A stretch of 63,310 nucleotides of DNA, the filler included, from Octopus bimaculoides (Eukaryota): assembly GCF_001194135.2 (NCBI RefSeq). It is 8 parts of 7 records of this genome, joined end to end, with 100 filler letters (N's around TTAATTAATTAA, not from the genome) between each part and the next. Parts side by side here need not be neighbours in the genome. Positions count along the whole stretch, not along the records: positions 34,770 to 56,493 come from NC_068989.1; positions 56,594 to 58,272 come from NW_026362544.1; positions 58,373 to 60,671 come from NC_068996.1; positions 60,772 to 63,310 come from NC_068996.1; 4 more parts are not named here. One strand, given 5' to 3'. The position numbers were made by a program, and so were the translations under genes. This document shows, piece by piece, positions 46,990 to 61,123 of the stretch; position 1 is the first letter of the stretch, and every line of letters begins with the position of its first letter. Below the pieces are notes generated by a model. The model was not told the DNA's origin. It searched no databases and was given only the letters and a program-made list of their open reading frames with translations.

Positions 46990-48889
46990 TAGCAGCTGAT
47001 GTTATGCAATTTATAGAACTTGATATGTTTTCCAAACCTGATTTATTTGGATTAGACATGATGGCATGTCAATCAAAATTATTAGTGTATCATCTTAAAC
47101 AATATGGTAAAAGGCGAAAAAAATCGAGACTTCTGTACTTTATGCTTCAACGGCAGAATTATCATTTCAGTTTGAGGTTGCTTTCTACTGTTGTTGATGT
47201 CATTTTTGTTCATCTCAACTGGTGGTAGTTGAAGGATATGCTAAGTGGCATGATGCTTTATCAAAAAGCAAAGGTTTAGAAGGCATGAAATCTCTGTAGC
47301 ACATATAAGAATGCTATGAATGTTTGGAGTGGAAGGCAGAAACGCAGAGCAACTAATCAGAATGTATCTACGATAGTGAGTCATAATCACATGGAAAAAT
47401 ATCGGGATTATTTGCACTCTGTTGTAGAAGTGATTCAGTTTTTGACTTGTACTTCGGGGTGATCACAATGAAAATATTACCTGTCATGACAACGATAATG
47501 AAAATGACCTTTCTGGGCCATTTTTTACGGCTTTTTGAATATACTTTTACAAAAGATTCCAAATTAAAAGAAAGATTATCATCGGTACCTAAATATGCGT
47601 TAATAAAAATTTTAGCTAGCAAAAATAAAGATTTTACCTAAATATGCGTTGTACACATCTGTTATGATGCAAAATGAAATTATACAACTTATGAAAGATG
47701 TTTTGAATCAAATGAGTGATGATATTCATCAATCAGATATCCATTTCTTCATATTTAAATGTTATGAAATTCTTGATCCTGCTAATGCAAAAATATTTCA
47801 ATAATTGTGAGGTTTGTAAAAGCGGGGATCGTGTCAGAAAGTCTTATCGTTGTAACTTTGAGCAAAGACGTAAAGGCGGAAAATTTAGTTAATGTTGTTA
47901 TCTAAAGTATTGAAGATGCTGGATAAAAGCCGGAAAGCATTTTATCTCAGTGTTATGAAGGTGCCTCAGTAATGTCTGGTGTTGCCGGTGGTGTCTGGAA
48001 AATAATACAACAGAAAATTGCAAAGGAAGTTTCGTATGCGCATTGCTTCCATCATCAGTTGCATTTGGTTTTAATTCATGCAATTGAAGAGATTAGTGAA
48101 GTAAAACTATTCTTCAGTGCTTCTAAAGCTCTTTATACCTTTCTGTATGGACTAAAGTTGTATACTGCATTCAAAGGTACTACACATTTGAAGTACCTAT
48201 TGTAACAACGGTGGTCAGGGCATCTTGCAGTTGTTATCGTTACACGTACCAATCATGAACACGTAGTGCAAGTGTTTCGAAATGCAGAATACGACAGTTC
48301 TGACATAAACATTAGAATTGAGGAAGCTGGTATTTTGAAACAGATTACTAGCCTCAAACTTATTTTCATTGTGATTCTTCTTCAATGTATTCTGAAAGTT
48401 CTTGATGCACCAAATAAATTGTTACAACGACGCGACTGTGACTTGTCCGAGGGAGTACTGAATATTTTGAAAGCACTGAGAATAGAAAAGGGGATATACC
48501 AGAGCATTGTCTCACAGGCTAAGACCTAAGACAATAAATTTAGAAGAGAATTGTTCTATTTCTCGACGAACTCATAGAGTTCCCAGAGTATACTACACAA
48601 TCATCAGTAATAATATGGATCATGAAAATTCTGATAACAAATATATACTCTTTAATCGTATTTACAACAGCGCTTTTGATAACTGTATTGGAGAACTTCA
48701 AACTCGTAGCACGAGAATACTAACAACTACGAGTAGATAGCCAAAATTAGCCAGAAACATTCTCTGTGGGACAAGCCTGATGTAGGTCAGGCTTTCGCAG
48801 CTAGAAACTATTTGATGCAACCCTCAGGCAACAGTCTGCCGTCCGGCGTCTTTCGGAGAGGTCATACTACTACGTGGTGCATCTTTTCA

Positions 48890-48925
<36 letters not shown>

Positions 48926-49700
48926 AGTGCTTTTCCCCTGTTCTTTGATCTTTGCAATGTCTGAAACGAAAGAACAGTTTGTTTTTGTGAAATTTCGTTT
49001 TCTGCTGGGGAATAACTGCGGCCGGACAGTTGTCATGCTTCAAACAGCTTATAAGGACGCTGCCATGAGCAAAACCTTTTCGAAGGTCATCACTGGTAAT
49101 GAAAGCTAGTGCTACGGAATTTGCAGATGTGGAAGAGGCGAAGAAAACAAAAAACGACGGAGACATTAAAAGGCATCACTTTGCAAAAGTTCCAGCACTG
49201 CTTAAAACACTGGAAAACGCCTCTAGACCGATAGATTACTTCAAATGTACAAAACTTTGAAGGCCATAAAAGCGTAGACATGTAAAACTAAGGGAATAAA
49301 ATATTATTGCAAAATTTCGGTTTCTTTTGGGTACCCTCTCGTATAGAAGCTTTGTCTCTTGAATCAGATGCATTCTTAGAAGTTTCAAGTTTATCCATTT
49401 GTGAGTTTATGAGAATAAACTATTTGGGCAGCTCATTTTACAACGAATTACGTGTTGCTAAACGTTACATCGTAAAAAATATAACTTCTAAGAAACGGTC
49501 AGGTATCTGTCCTTTACTATATTCGTTTAAGGTTGCCTTCCCAGGTATCTACAACTTATATACTGCGTCCTCCACATCTACAACAAGCAATGCTGCTTGC
49601 GAGTCATTTCTTTCTACGTTGACTCATATACTTACATCCTATCGCCGTTCTACGACACATCACTGAAACTGCAGCCTTATACTTGCATTCATGGATAGCT
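46990..49700 (+). mobile_element. Degenerate hAT transposase (ZMYM1/DUF4371-like group), interrupted by a mariner
   Basis: GHFLRLFEY, QNEIIQLM, SQCYEGASVMSG, YAHCFHHQLHLVL, QRWSGH, PNKLLQ and C-terminal SNAACESFLSTL dimerisation-type motif; many stops and frameshifts. Confidence 0.9.
48790..49343 (+). mobile_element. Internally deleted mariner nested in the hAT
   Basis: KEQFVFVKFRFLLG..RTVVMLQTAYKDAAMSKT (mariner N-terminal HTH), KVITGNES*CY, 3' TIR TTTTGGGTACCCTCTCG-TA. Confidence 0.85.
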
Positions 49701-49709
49701 AAACACACA

Positions 49710-49751
<42 letters not shown>

Positions 49752-50180
49752 CACGCACATACGCACACACACAACTGATTGAAGGAGACTACGATTGTTT
49801 TAATTAATTTTTAATAAATACAATAATTGTGTTAGTTATTTACAGCAGTTTAGTGAATTTACTATATATATGTATGTGTGTGTAAGTATATTTATATGTG
49901 CGTAACTTTATACACTAACACCATGAAATGGGATGACAAAAATTGAATACTTAAAATGTAGGAATGTCAAATTGATATGTCATAAATATAAGAGTTTCAA
50001 AATGTATTTTGTGATAAGATGATATGTTCGCAGCACATTTCTTTATTGTCAATTTTTCTTTTTTTCTTTTTGTATTTATATCTCATATCGCATACATGTC
50101 ATTTCTTTTCCGCTTCTTTAGTTCTCACTCACTCACTCACTCACTCACTCACTCACTCACTGACTCACTCACTCACTCAC

Positions 50181-50252
<72 letters not shown>

Positions 50253-51056
50253 ATATATATATATATATATAATATAATATAGGATAAAATCTTTATAAGA
50301 ATTTATCAAGTAGTCAGCGTGAAAAAAACCCATAAGGAAAAAANNNNNNNNNNNNNNNNNNNNNNNNNNNNNNNNNNNNNNNNNNNNNNNNNNNNNNNNN
50401 NNNNNNNNNNNNNNNNNNNNNNNNNNNNNNNNNNNNNNNNNNNNNNNNNNNNNNNNNNNNNNNNNNNNNNNNNNNNNNNNNNNNNNNNNNNNNNNNNNNN
50501 NNNNNNNNNNNNNNNNNNNNNNNNNNNNNNNNNNNNNNNNNNNNNNNNNNNNNNNNNNNNNNNNNNNNNNNNNNNNNNNNNNNNNNNNNNNNNNNNNNNN
50601 NNNNNNNNNNNNNNNNNNNNNNNNNNNNNNNNNNNNNNNNNNNNNNNNNNNNNNNNNNNNNNNNNNNNNNNNNNNNNNNNNNNNNNNNNNNNNNNNNNNN
50701 NNNNNNNNNNNNNNNNNNNNNNNNNNNNNNNNNNNNNNNNNNNNNNNNNNNNNNNNNNNNNNNNNNNNNNNNNNNNNNNNNNNNNNNNNNNNNNNNNNNN
50801 NNNNNNNNNNNNNNNNNNNNNNNNNNNNNNNNNNNNNNNNNNNNNNNNNNNNNNNNNNNNNNNNNNNNNNNNNNNNNNNNNNNNNNNNNNNNNNNNNNNN
50901 NNNNNNNNNNNNNNNNNNNNNNNNNNNNNNNNNNNNNNNNNNNNNNNNNNNNNNNNNNNNNNNNNNNNNNNNNNNNNNNNNNNNNNNNTATATATATATA
51001 TATATATATATACAGTTCAAATTTATTAGTTTGACGATCGGGAAAAATGGAAAAGT

Positions 51057-51092
51057 CTTTTACATTTCAAACCTACGCTCTTCGACAGAAAG
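51057..51092 (-). ncRNA. Hammerhead-like motif with CUGUCGA core (sister copy at 20605-20640)
   Basis: CUUU-CUGUCGA-A-GAGC(GUAG)GUUU-GAA-AUGU-A-AAAG; hammerhead topology with A6 replaced by U. Confidence 0.4.
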
Positions 51093-51194
51093 GATTAAGA
51101 AGAGAGAATGAAAAAACGTGTTGAGTTCAGTGATCCAACATCGCGAATGAGTATGTATGTATGTATGTATGTATGTATGTATGTATGTATGTAT

Positions 51195-51700
51195 GTCGCC
51201 ACTTCAACATGGCTCTTTCCATACCAACGAATGTTACTGCAAGTTTTTAACCCCAATGACGTTGAAAACCCAGGCAGCTCCATCAGATCACAACTATGTA
51301 GGACGTACTCCTTTGAGAATATCACGTGCACCAATCACAACTGCATGGTATGTAACATTAACCATAGTATTAACTGTAGAACTAGAAATGTAGTGTACAG
51401 CATAAGGTGCATAGAGGGTGCTTGTAAAGACAAGAACAGGGTATAGAGAGGTGAGAAATCTAGAAGCATTGCAGAGAGACTAAAGGAACATTTGAGACAA
51501 AATGACGATAAAAAAGAGTCCTCCATATTCTACCAACATGCCAAAGACCAGCATGGCGGCACACTGAACCAACTTGACATCCGCATTTTATCCAAGCACC
51601 CGAAAGACCCAGCACTCAGACAAATACAGGAGTACGTCCTAATAAATGAAACATCCACAGTACTAAACATACGTAGAAGGTAGTCATACCCCAATACCCA
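51195..51700 (+). mobile_element. Penelope-like GIY-YIG endonuclease fragment
   Basis: CTNHNCMVC..NCRTRNVVYSIRC...RV*RGEKSRSIAERLKEH...FYQHAKDQHGG...LRQIQE..LN. Confidence 0.9.
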
Positions 51701-51748
51701 CAGTTTATATATACACTGGTAGATTTGATAGTAGGCTGTTATGTAGAC

Positions 51749-51820
<72 letters not shown>

Positions 51821-51881
51821 GGGAATAAAAATAAATACAAAAAAAGGGTTTTGTATGATCGTGTATAGAGGAATATATTAT

Positions 51882-51932
<51 letters not shown>

Positions 51933-52597
51933 GTAAGTGTATATGTAAGCAAACAGATAGATAAATAGATGGATAGGTAAATAGGTAATAGGGACCGATA
52001 AGCACGCATACACATATACTCACATACATGCATACACACATACATACATACATACATACATACATACATACATACATTCATACATAAATGTATACACTTG
52101 CGCACAAACACATTAACAAAGAAAACAAGCAGACAAACAAAAAGAACGCAGATCTGATAACGGACTAAGTCAACGACTATTGAAAAGTTTGCAAGACGCA
52201 ACGAAAATTTTAGAAAATAAATAACTAAATGGGTGGAAATCGAACCGGTTAAATAACAAGGCGCTAAAAGAGAATGACTCTCGCCAGACATAATAAAATT
52301 TAATCTATCGTTTTCTGAGGAAGTTTGTGTGTGTGTTAATATTTTATTTTTTTATCTTTGACATGTGTTAGCCATTAGATTAGGTGATACTGGAGCACAG
52401 CTTTAAAGAAGCTTAATTGAACAAATCGACTCTGGTGTTTACTTTTTTAAAGCATAGTACTTATTCCGTCGGTGTCTTTTACTGAACGTGTTGGTGTGTT
52501 TACGTCCCGTAAACACACCAACACCAGTAGTAGAGCGGTAGTGGGAGACAGACACGGGCACACACAGACACACACACAAACACACACACATACATAT

Positions 52598-52885
52598 ATA
52601 ATCGGTCTGATCAATAAGTATCTGATCGATAAGTATCCGGACTCATGCTATTGTAATGAAACTAAAGCACGCAAAGTAAAGCCACTTGGGACAGATTGAC
52701 CTTAAACTCGGTGGTGCATTTGCACAAAGTTTCGACTTCTATCTGTAAACACTTCTGCTGTTTACAGGCGTACTTGGAAGGAAGGTGTGTAGTGTGTGAT
52801 CGTCGCATTGACCATGACAGAGAAAGTTGAGCAGAGAATCTGCATCATGACCATACCTGCTCAGAGGCCTTCGCAAAATTTTCAA
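52598..52885 (+). mobile_element. Mariner 5' end
   Basis: GGTCTGATCAATAAGTATC(CGGAC) TIR-like start and MTEKVEQRICI start of transposase. Confidence 0.75.
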
Positions 52886-53955
52886 AATGTTTTCATCGTT
52901 AAGTCGAAATTAAACGGCCGAAATAAGATTGAAGCTATCAACACCTGGGTGGTTTCACTTTTTAGATATGGGTCAGAGGTAATCGCATGGACAGTAGACA
53001 ATCTAAACAGCTTAAAGAGAAAGACAAGGAAGTTGCTGACTAGATATGGGATACTCCACGCAAAAAGTGAGACAGACAGATTGTATGTACCAAGAAAAAG
53101 AGGAGGAAGAGGACAGATCGGATGTGAACACAGCATTAGAGCAGAAGAAAACAACATAGGTTGGGATGTAAAAGATGTAACCGCTATTATTGGAAGTAAG
53201 TAGGTCAGGCTTGTGTAGGATGGAAGATTGCAAACATAAGGCACTTTCCAAGGACTTGAGAATGAATGATCCTGAAATGAAAATAGGTGGATAAAGAAAG
53301 GAATGCATGGACAGTTTCATAGAGATGTTGAGTATAAGACAGACAGAAGAAAAAAGATAGCTATGGATGACTAAAAGTGATTTAAAACTGGAAATGGGGG
53401 CTTCTAATCTGTACTCACCAAGATCTAGTATTAAGAACCGATTAAGTCAAATACAGAATAGACACCACATCAGAAAGTGGTAAGTGCAGAATTTGAGGAC
53501 AAAATGGTGAAACCGTATGGCATATTACCAGTCAGCGTATGCCACTAGCCCAGAAATAATATAAGATACATCATGATAATATAGCAAGTATTGTCCAGAT
53601 CATAAATATAGCATTCCCAGCTGACAAGGTATGTGATAAGGAAGAAAGCTAAGTCGATAGAGATGGCAGGCTAGCTTGGAAGGTTAAGCAGTTGTGGTCG
53701 ATGAAAAAGGTAGCAGTAGTACTAATAATTGTCAGAGCCCTGAGAACAGTAAGTAAAAATCTTGAGAAGTACGTGGAACAAATAGGGGCTGCAATCAGGG
53801 ATGAGCACTTTTAGAAAACAGCACTACTTGGAACCGCTCGAATACTCTTGATAGTGCTCGAAAAATAAGGGGTGTTACTGGTAGTGAACAGCTGGCAACA
53901 TAGAACATCTCCAACGTTAGGATCAGTGCAAAGACAATAAATAATAATAATAATG
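52886..53955 (+). mobile_element. R4/Dong-type LINE 3' half, degenerate, with (AAT)n tail
   Basis: KSKLNGRNKIEAINTW, DRLYVPRKRGGRG, KGMHGQFHR, GKCRI..ETVWHITS, KTALLGTARIL. Confidence 0.9.
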
Positions 53956-55530
53956 ACCTCAAGAAAGTTCTATCAAAACAACGAACGAACACAATACCTG
54001 AACAACTCTGGGCCTCTGAAACAACTGGAAAGGTCAATCAGGCACTGCAAAATCTAAGCTACTGGAAGGCACCCAGGCACGACAAGATCCCCAACTTCTG
54101 GTTAAAATGCTTAACAGGAACACATAAAAAGCTGGTTGAGAAATTTACTGAAGTACTAGCAATGCCTGAATGGCTCACGGAAGGGAGCAATTCCTGAATG
54201 GCCGACGGAAGGGAAAACTATCCTAATTCCCAAAAGCTACTGATACGGCAAACACCACAAAATTATAGACCGATAACTTGTCTCCCTACAATTTACAAAG
54301 CCATTACTGCAATTATATCGCAGATAATGAGCAAGCATTTGGAAGAAAACAACCTGTTTCCAGAAGAACAGAAGGTCTAAGTATGGCCTGGATTGGTTAC
54401 CGAAAGGCTTTTGATAGTAATCCCCACACATGGATCCTAGAAACACTAGCCATGAACAAGGTAATATCAATAATCATATGATATATAAAACATTCCATGA
54501 ATAAATGGCAGACAGTGCTACAGCTCCAGACAAAAGAGGGACTCATAAAATCCAAAGCCGTCTCCATTAGAATAGGAATATTCCAAGGAGACACGCTCTG
54601 TCCACCCCTTTTCTGATTGACACCGACACCTTTATCTGACATGCTAAACAGAACTAGAAGTGAATACAACCGTCATGACAAAACAACCAGTCACCTTTTA
54701 TATATGGATGATCTGAAGCTGTACGCTACAAATGATAAACAGCTGGAAACATTACTACAGACAGTACGTGGATTTACCAAAGAAATAAACATGAAAGCTG
54801 GCTTAGAAAATTGTACCAAAGCAACCTTGAAAAGAAGGAAACAAATAAAATAAGAGAATTAGAGCAAAGCTAGACATACAATTACTTAGGAATCAATGAA
54901 CTTGATACAATACAACACACACAAATGAAAGAGAAGATAAGAAAAGAATATTATAGACGAGTTAGATTAATACTGAAAACAGCTAAATGCCAAAAAAATA
55001 AGAAAATAGGTATCTACACACTAGCCGCCACAATTATAAGTTACAGCTACAGTATACTTAACTGAACTCTAAATGAACTAATCAAAATAGACAGGCAAGC
55101 AAGAAAAATAATGACAGGATTTAGGATGCACCACCTAAAATCCGACATAGAAAAGTTATATATACAACGTATGCAAGGTGGTAGAGGCGTTATATAGATA
55201 GAAAACAATTACAAAATAACCACCATAGGACTACAGAATACCTACTTCAGAAGCAAGAAAACTAATACAAATAGCCATAAAACCCGAACAAAACAAAAAA
55301 TTGTTTCCAGTCTTTAAGGCAGCTGACAACTACAACAAAGAAGTCATAGTAACTAACAGCTATGAAGGAAATGAAGAAACAATAAAAGCTGTAAAACAAC
55401 AGAAATCCAAGCTAAAACTGTAACTGTAACGGACCATGGCAAGAAAAGCCCTTTCATGGCAAAAGAAATAGACAAAGCAAAATCCCAACAATGGCTGAGA
55501 AACACGGGACTCAAAGCAGAAACTCAATAT
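53956..55530 (+). mobile_element. R4/Dong-type LINE reverse transcriptase region, degenerate
   Basis: WKAPRHDKIPNFWLK, NYRPITCLPTIYK, YRKAFDSNPH, GIFQGDTLCP, HLLYMDDLKLY, YLGINE; starts directly after the (AAT)n tail of the previous element. Confidence 0.95.
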
Positions 55531-56440
55531 AGTTTTTAAGAGAGGAGATTCAGTTGTTTCAAAATTAGTAGTATTAGTTATGGCCGTCGCTGGGGCGAAA
55601 GACAACACAACCACAAGTGTATTCGAAAGCGTAAAAGCCTGCCTTTAGCTATTTTGGTCTTATTCATATTTTGATATATATATTAATTTGTCTCATACCT
55701 ATGTGTGCATAAAGAAAACAGACGTTATACCAAGATTGATATAAAAAGGGAGATAATTCAGTGTATTTGTATATATAAGTTCTTTCACTTCGAAAAATAA
55801 CGCTTGAAAATTAATTTACGATGATATTTGATTGGTAATGAGAATGCATAATGTGTGTGTACGTATATGCATGCATATACCAGGTCTTTCACTCTTCTCT
55901 TCGATGTCTCAAACTGTATCTGGTTTTACGATCTCTTTCTAAGTCTTAAATTGTCTACTTATCTACCTTTTATGTCAACCTATAAATTATCACAAGATTA
56001 GCTCCCTCTATATCTAACTTGATTTCCCCTTTTTCCACCTTCACTCCGATTTTCTCTCTCCTTTTGTCTCACTCTTTCATACACCTTTTTTTTTCTCTTT
56101 TTTTGTTATTGTTCATTCGTTTTTCCTTCCTATTTGTATTTCTCATATTTCTTTCTCTGTTCCCACAGTGTGAACGATGTCATACGTATATGTGTAATAT
56201 ACTTTCCATATCGAAACGAGTATATAAACAAGTTGGTGTAGGTCTTTATTGGCTTCAGTTACATCGTAGAGAAATTTACAGCCAGTAAGGTAAGATCAAT
56301 TGACGATAGATATGAAACGCTAAGTTTTTGACTCTTATTTTCATCTTTGATTTGTGCTTACATTATAACTTGACAAGAAACTTTCTGAAAGTTACAATGG
56401 AAAGAAAGCATAAATGTTTAAATGCAACAATATAAACACT

Positions 56441-56493
<53 letters not shown>

Positions 56494-56593
56494 NNNNNNN
56501 NNNNNNNNNNNNNNNNNNNNNNNNNNNNNNNNNNNNNTTAATTAATTAANNNNNNNNNNNNNNNNNNNNNNNNNNNNNNNNNNNNNNNNNNNN

Positions 56594-57640
56594 TATAGTA
56601 AAAACACCAGCCCAAGGTGCCACGCAGTGGGGCTGAAACCGAAGCCATGTGGTTGGGAAGCAAGCTTCTTACCACACAGCCATATGTATGTATGCTTATG
56701 TGTTCTTTTATTCTTTTACTTGTTTCAGTCATTTTGACTGTGGCCATGCTGGAGCACCGCCTTTATTCGAACAAATCGGCCCCAGGACTTATTCTTCGTA
56801 AGCCTAGTACTTATTCTATCGTTCTCTCTTTTCCCGAACACACCAACATTGGTTGTGAAGCGAAGGTAGGGGGACAAACACAGACACTCAAATCGATATC
56901 TATATCTATATATATATATATAAAACAAATAATAAATGAGTATATGCATATATACGTACAGGTATGTGCATACCTACGTCTACCTGTATGTATAGGTGCA
57001 TATCTGGGTACAGGGCATTGCAAACAAAACGTAGACAAAAAAATAATAATAACCAGAGTACAGAACACACAGAGGCCACATAGAGAACATTTTCTTTCAT
57101 CAGCTACCCCCATCCTAACACAGGCGTTTCGAAGAGTAGGGCAGGACGTATCGTTAAAATGGCTCTTCCCACGGACCACAAATTAAACTTGTACCATGGA
57201 GGAATGTAGTGGCGTATAGAAAACAAGACAGGAAAAGAAACGGAAAGAAAACAAGACAGNNNNNNNNNNNNNNNNNNNNNNNNNNNNNNNNNNNNNNNNN
57301 NNNNNNNNNNNNNNNNNNNNNNNNNNNGGGCTTCTACCAAATCCACTCACAAACCTTTTGCCGGCGATAGTAGAAGACGCCTACCCAAGTTGCCGCGCCG
57401 TGGGATTGAACCCGGAACCACGCGGTTGGGAAGCAAGCTTCTTACCACAGCCACACCAACACACACACACACACATACACACACATATACATGCACACAC
57501 ACGATGAGCTTCTTTCAGTTTCCGTTTACCAATTCCACTCATAAGCTTTGGTCGGCCCGGCCCCGAGGCTACATACAGTAGGCAGACGACAGCTGCCCAA
57601 GGTCCCCCCACACACACGGGGAAGCAAGCCTGCGCCTATA
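56594..57640 (-). mobile_element. SINE family A copies and fragments (56594-56880, 57330-57640) flanking a Penelope-like piece (about 56990-57260)
   Basis: Family A blocks in reverse complement; the middle piece has CTCTTCGAAACG and CTGATGA motifs. Confidence 0.7.
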
Positions 57641-57888
57641 GGATACGTATATCATACGTCCAAAGATGAATTATATGACAGACCTCTAACACTTCCATAG
57701 AATGTGACACACTATGTGTCTCATAGTGTGGAGATAGTGTCAGTCACGGGTGTTGGTTCGTTCTATGATAGCCTGTGTCTGTGTCGCTTGTTAACAGCAT
57801 TTTTTTGATAACACATTTTATCCGTGTTGGATTTAATGTCTTCAAACAAATGAAACGTATTTTCACATGGCTCTTCACAACCATCCCC

Positions 57889-57927
<39 letters not shown>

Positions 57928-57976
57928 GCACACATACTCAGCTAAACTTCAGTCGCTCTCATATGCAGCTAATTAC

Positions 57977-58050
<74 letters not shown>

Positions 58051-58112
58051 ACAGCCACTCTTATCATTCTGTGCTTAAACCCAACCGTCGGACACAGACA
58101 GACACGATCACA

Positions 58113-58152
<40 letters not shown>

Positions 58153-58395
58153 TATCCTTCTATACATACATATACAAACACATAACATCACATAGACGCA
58201 CATACGACCTCACTCACACACACGCACTCACACATCACATGCACACATACATAACTTCACACACACACACACNNNNNNNNNNNNNNNNNNNNNNNNNNNN
58301 NNNNNNNNNNNNNNNNTTAATTAATTAANNNNNNNNNNNNNNNNNNNNNNNNNNNNNNNNNNNNNNNNNNNNAATTAGACTCTAAATATATCTAC

Positions 58396-58434
<39 letters not shown>

Positions 58435-58706
58435 TCCTTTCAACTTTACTGTGGTACGAGGTTTCAGTATTTTTCAAATTAAACCTGGATTGTTTATGGA
58501 ATTTTCTATACCTTGTTATTCCTGTTGTTTCAAAGACATTAACATTAATATTTGGTTGCTTTGCTTCACCATTTATGAGAATAATGAACTTTATTTCAAT
58601 TTCAATTTATTTCTTCAGTTTACAGCTGCTTTCTTTTCAAAGTCCATGCATTTTTCAGAATTGGGGAGTGGGGTGTAATAAATTTTACTAACCTTGTCAC
58701 CATTAA

Positions 58707-58922
58707 CCCTTTAGCAATTAAACTGGCCATATCAGGTCCACATATTCTGTTTTGTAGTCAAACTGGCCAAATTCGGCCTCTCCCACCTACCATAAAATGT
58801 CATTCTAAAAATATACTATCACGTGATTCAAATGTAGAAGCAATGAGATAATGCATACTTAATTCAAACCAGTTTGAATAGATAAGCATTATATTTAACA
58901 AAATAACCTCAATGCTAAAGGG
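58707..58922. mobile_element. piggyBac-type MITE
   Basis: TTAA|CCCTTTAGCA ... TGCTAAAGGG|TGAA terminal inverted repeats with a TTAA-like target site. Confidence 0.75.
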
Positions 58923-59475
58923 TGAATCTGGTGTTTGTAAAAATAATGTACTTACATAAAATTGTGATGGGAAGTTATAATATCATAAGACTTATACATT
59001 CTCATGAATGTTTTGATGTCTGTAGTGTCTTGCCTTACCTGCTGCTTCTATAACCTGATAACTAACTTGGCATGCTTTGAGTTTCAACAGCTTAGTAGAT
59101 CTAATTAACCACTTGTTTATTTGTTCATTTCAGATTATCATAAATGCTATAGAACACATTAGAAACGTTACTGTTAGTCTTTGGTCCAAGTCTCATTTGA
59201 TAGAGGCAACATTAATTGAATTAACCATTTTAATTTGTTGTTCATCTTCTTTCTCCTCTTTCCATCTCCCTTTCTCTCTCTTTCTATTCTCTCTGTCATA
59301 AAGGCTTAGGGAGTTTTTCATTCCCATACCTTTTAATTAGCTTACTTTGTGTTTATCCTTTTTTGTATGTTTAAAAAATTTTTTTTTGCCCTCTTTCAAT
59401 CTCTGACACGATATTTGTAATTATGGAAACTGGAACTACTATTTACTGTATATTTCTACAAGATTTGTTACCCAT

Positions 59476-59477
<2 letters not shown>

Positions 59478-59563
<86 letters not shown>
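59478..59563. repeat. (TC)n microsatellite
   Basis: Pure run read directly. Confidence 0.95.
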
Positions 59564-59569
<6 letters not shown>

Positions 59570-60630
59570 GTTTTCTTTTAAAAAAAATCTTTGAGAGAGA
59601 ATTCTAATATCTTTGCTTCAATAATGTTTTCATTTCTTTTGTATGGTGGATGTATTTACACTTTAGGGTACCTATTAACTACTTCATAGTCATGGCCAGC
59701 AGCTGTTTTGCCTTTCTCAAAGACAAAAGCATGGCGCTGGTAATAATGGTTTATTAATAATGTCCTAACATAACCTCTTGGTGCCTTTTCTTTCTTTTAA
59801 ATTTCTTTCCCTACTAAAGTGATTTTTTTTTCTTTTTTTTTTCTTTAAAGAAAGGCATCAAATTATAAAGTCTTTTATAATAAGAGATATTTAATATTTT
59901 ATCAGATTTTGGCACAACACTTATATAAAATCACATACAAATATAAATGCTCAGGTACATCACTGTATGGACATGGCCCGAAAATGAAAATATTAATGGA
60001 ATATATGTATGTAAACATGCATATAGCTTCAAATACATACCATACATGGTTATTATATTAAACAAAATTATGGTCTACTCAAGTTTTACCCTACAGTTAG
60101 ACTGACCTTAACTGTGACTGAAATGGAGGGACCTGTAGTATTTATAGAGTTGGTGTGGAGGGGTGCACAGAAGCATTGAATTTTTTAGCTGCTAATGTTT
60201 GCACATGTATGATATATATTTTTCAATCCTTACATTATAATACTATATATAGAATGTATAGCTTCATATTTTGATTTCCCCTGTTTGTCTATATATACAT
60301 TTGTTTGGAGTTGCAAGCAAGAGAATGGGTACTCAGTATACACACTACAGCTTTTTACTATGTATTATCATATATAACCAAAAATCTGAGTAGTTACAGA
60401 ATAAATCCTCATGTTCTTTTATTCCATTACTTGCTTCAATCATTGGACTATGGCAATTTCAGGCTAACACTTTCAAGAGTTTAGCTGATCATGTTGCCCC
60501 ATACTTATTACTGCTTGGTTTTATTAAGTTCCATTTGTTAAACCACTGACTTACTGGATGTACTGAATATACAACAGGAATAACATCCAGACATAAACAC
60601 ACACCATACATACACATGTATGTGTGTATG

Positions 60631-60671
<41 letters not shown>

Positions 60672-61123
60672 NNNNNNNNNNNNNNNNNNNNNNNNNNNNN
60701 NNNNNNNNNNNNNNNTTAATTAATTAANNNNNNNNNNNNNNNNNNNNNNNNNNNNNNNNNNNNNNNNNNNNCTTAGCGCGCCAGATTGAAGACATTTGAA
60801 AGGATACACTGAATGTAATTTGTAGAACTCTACATGTGCTCCCTTTCGGGTGGACGTCTTGTGTCCAGTTCTGGAAATTATATTTTAAAAATCGACAGAC
60901 TACGCTGATGATCCTGCAGATATTTACTTATGTAAATTTTAACAGGTGAAACCATGGTACGTAGGTTAATCGTTCTTTTTATTTAGTATTTTTTCATTTG
61001 TCTTGCTCTTTTACAGTCTGTTGTGTCGCTAAATTTTTACTGAGAACATATTTTTCGTGGTTAGATGATTCGGCATTTATTTCTAGCATATAGGAGTCCA
61101 CTTTTGCTGGTCATTCCTCTTAT

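Noticed and set aside
55360-55614. Minus ORF resembling a signal peptide plus N-glycosylation site
   Set aside because: Mostly antisense to a LINE, with no proper start or splice context.
59038-59053. Minus-strand 16-nt micro-exon before a CAG|GTAAGG donor as a COPB2 exon
   Set aside because: Weak acceptor and no recognisable COPB2 peptide.
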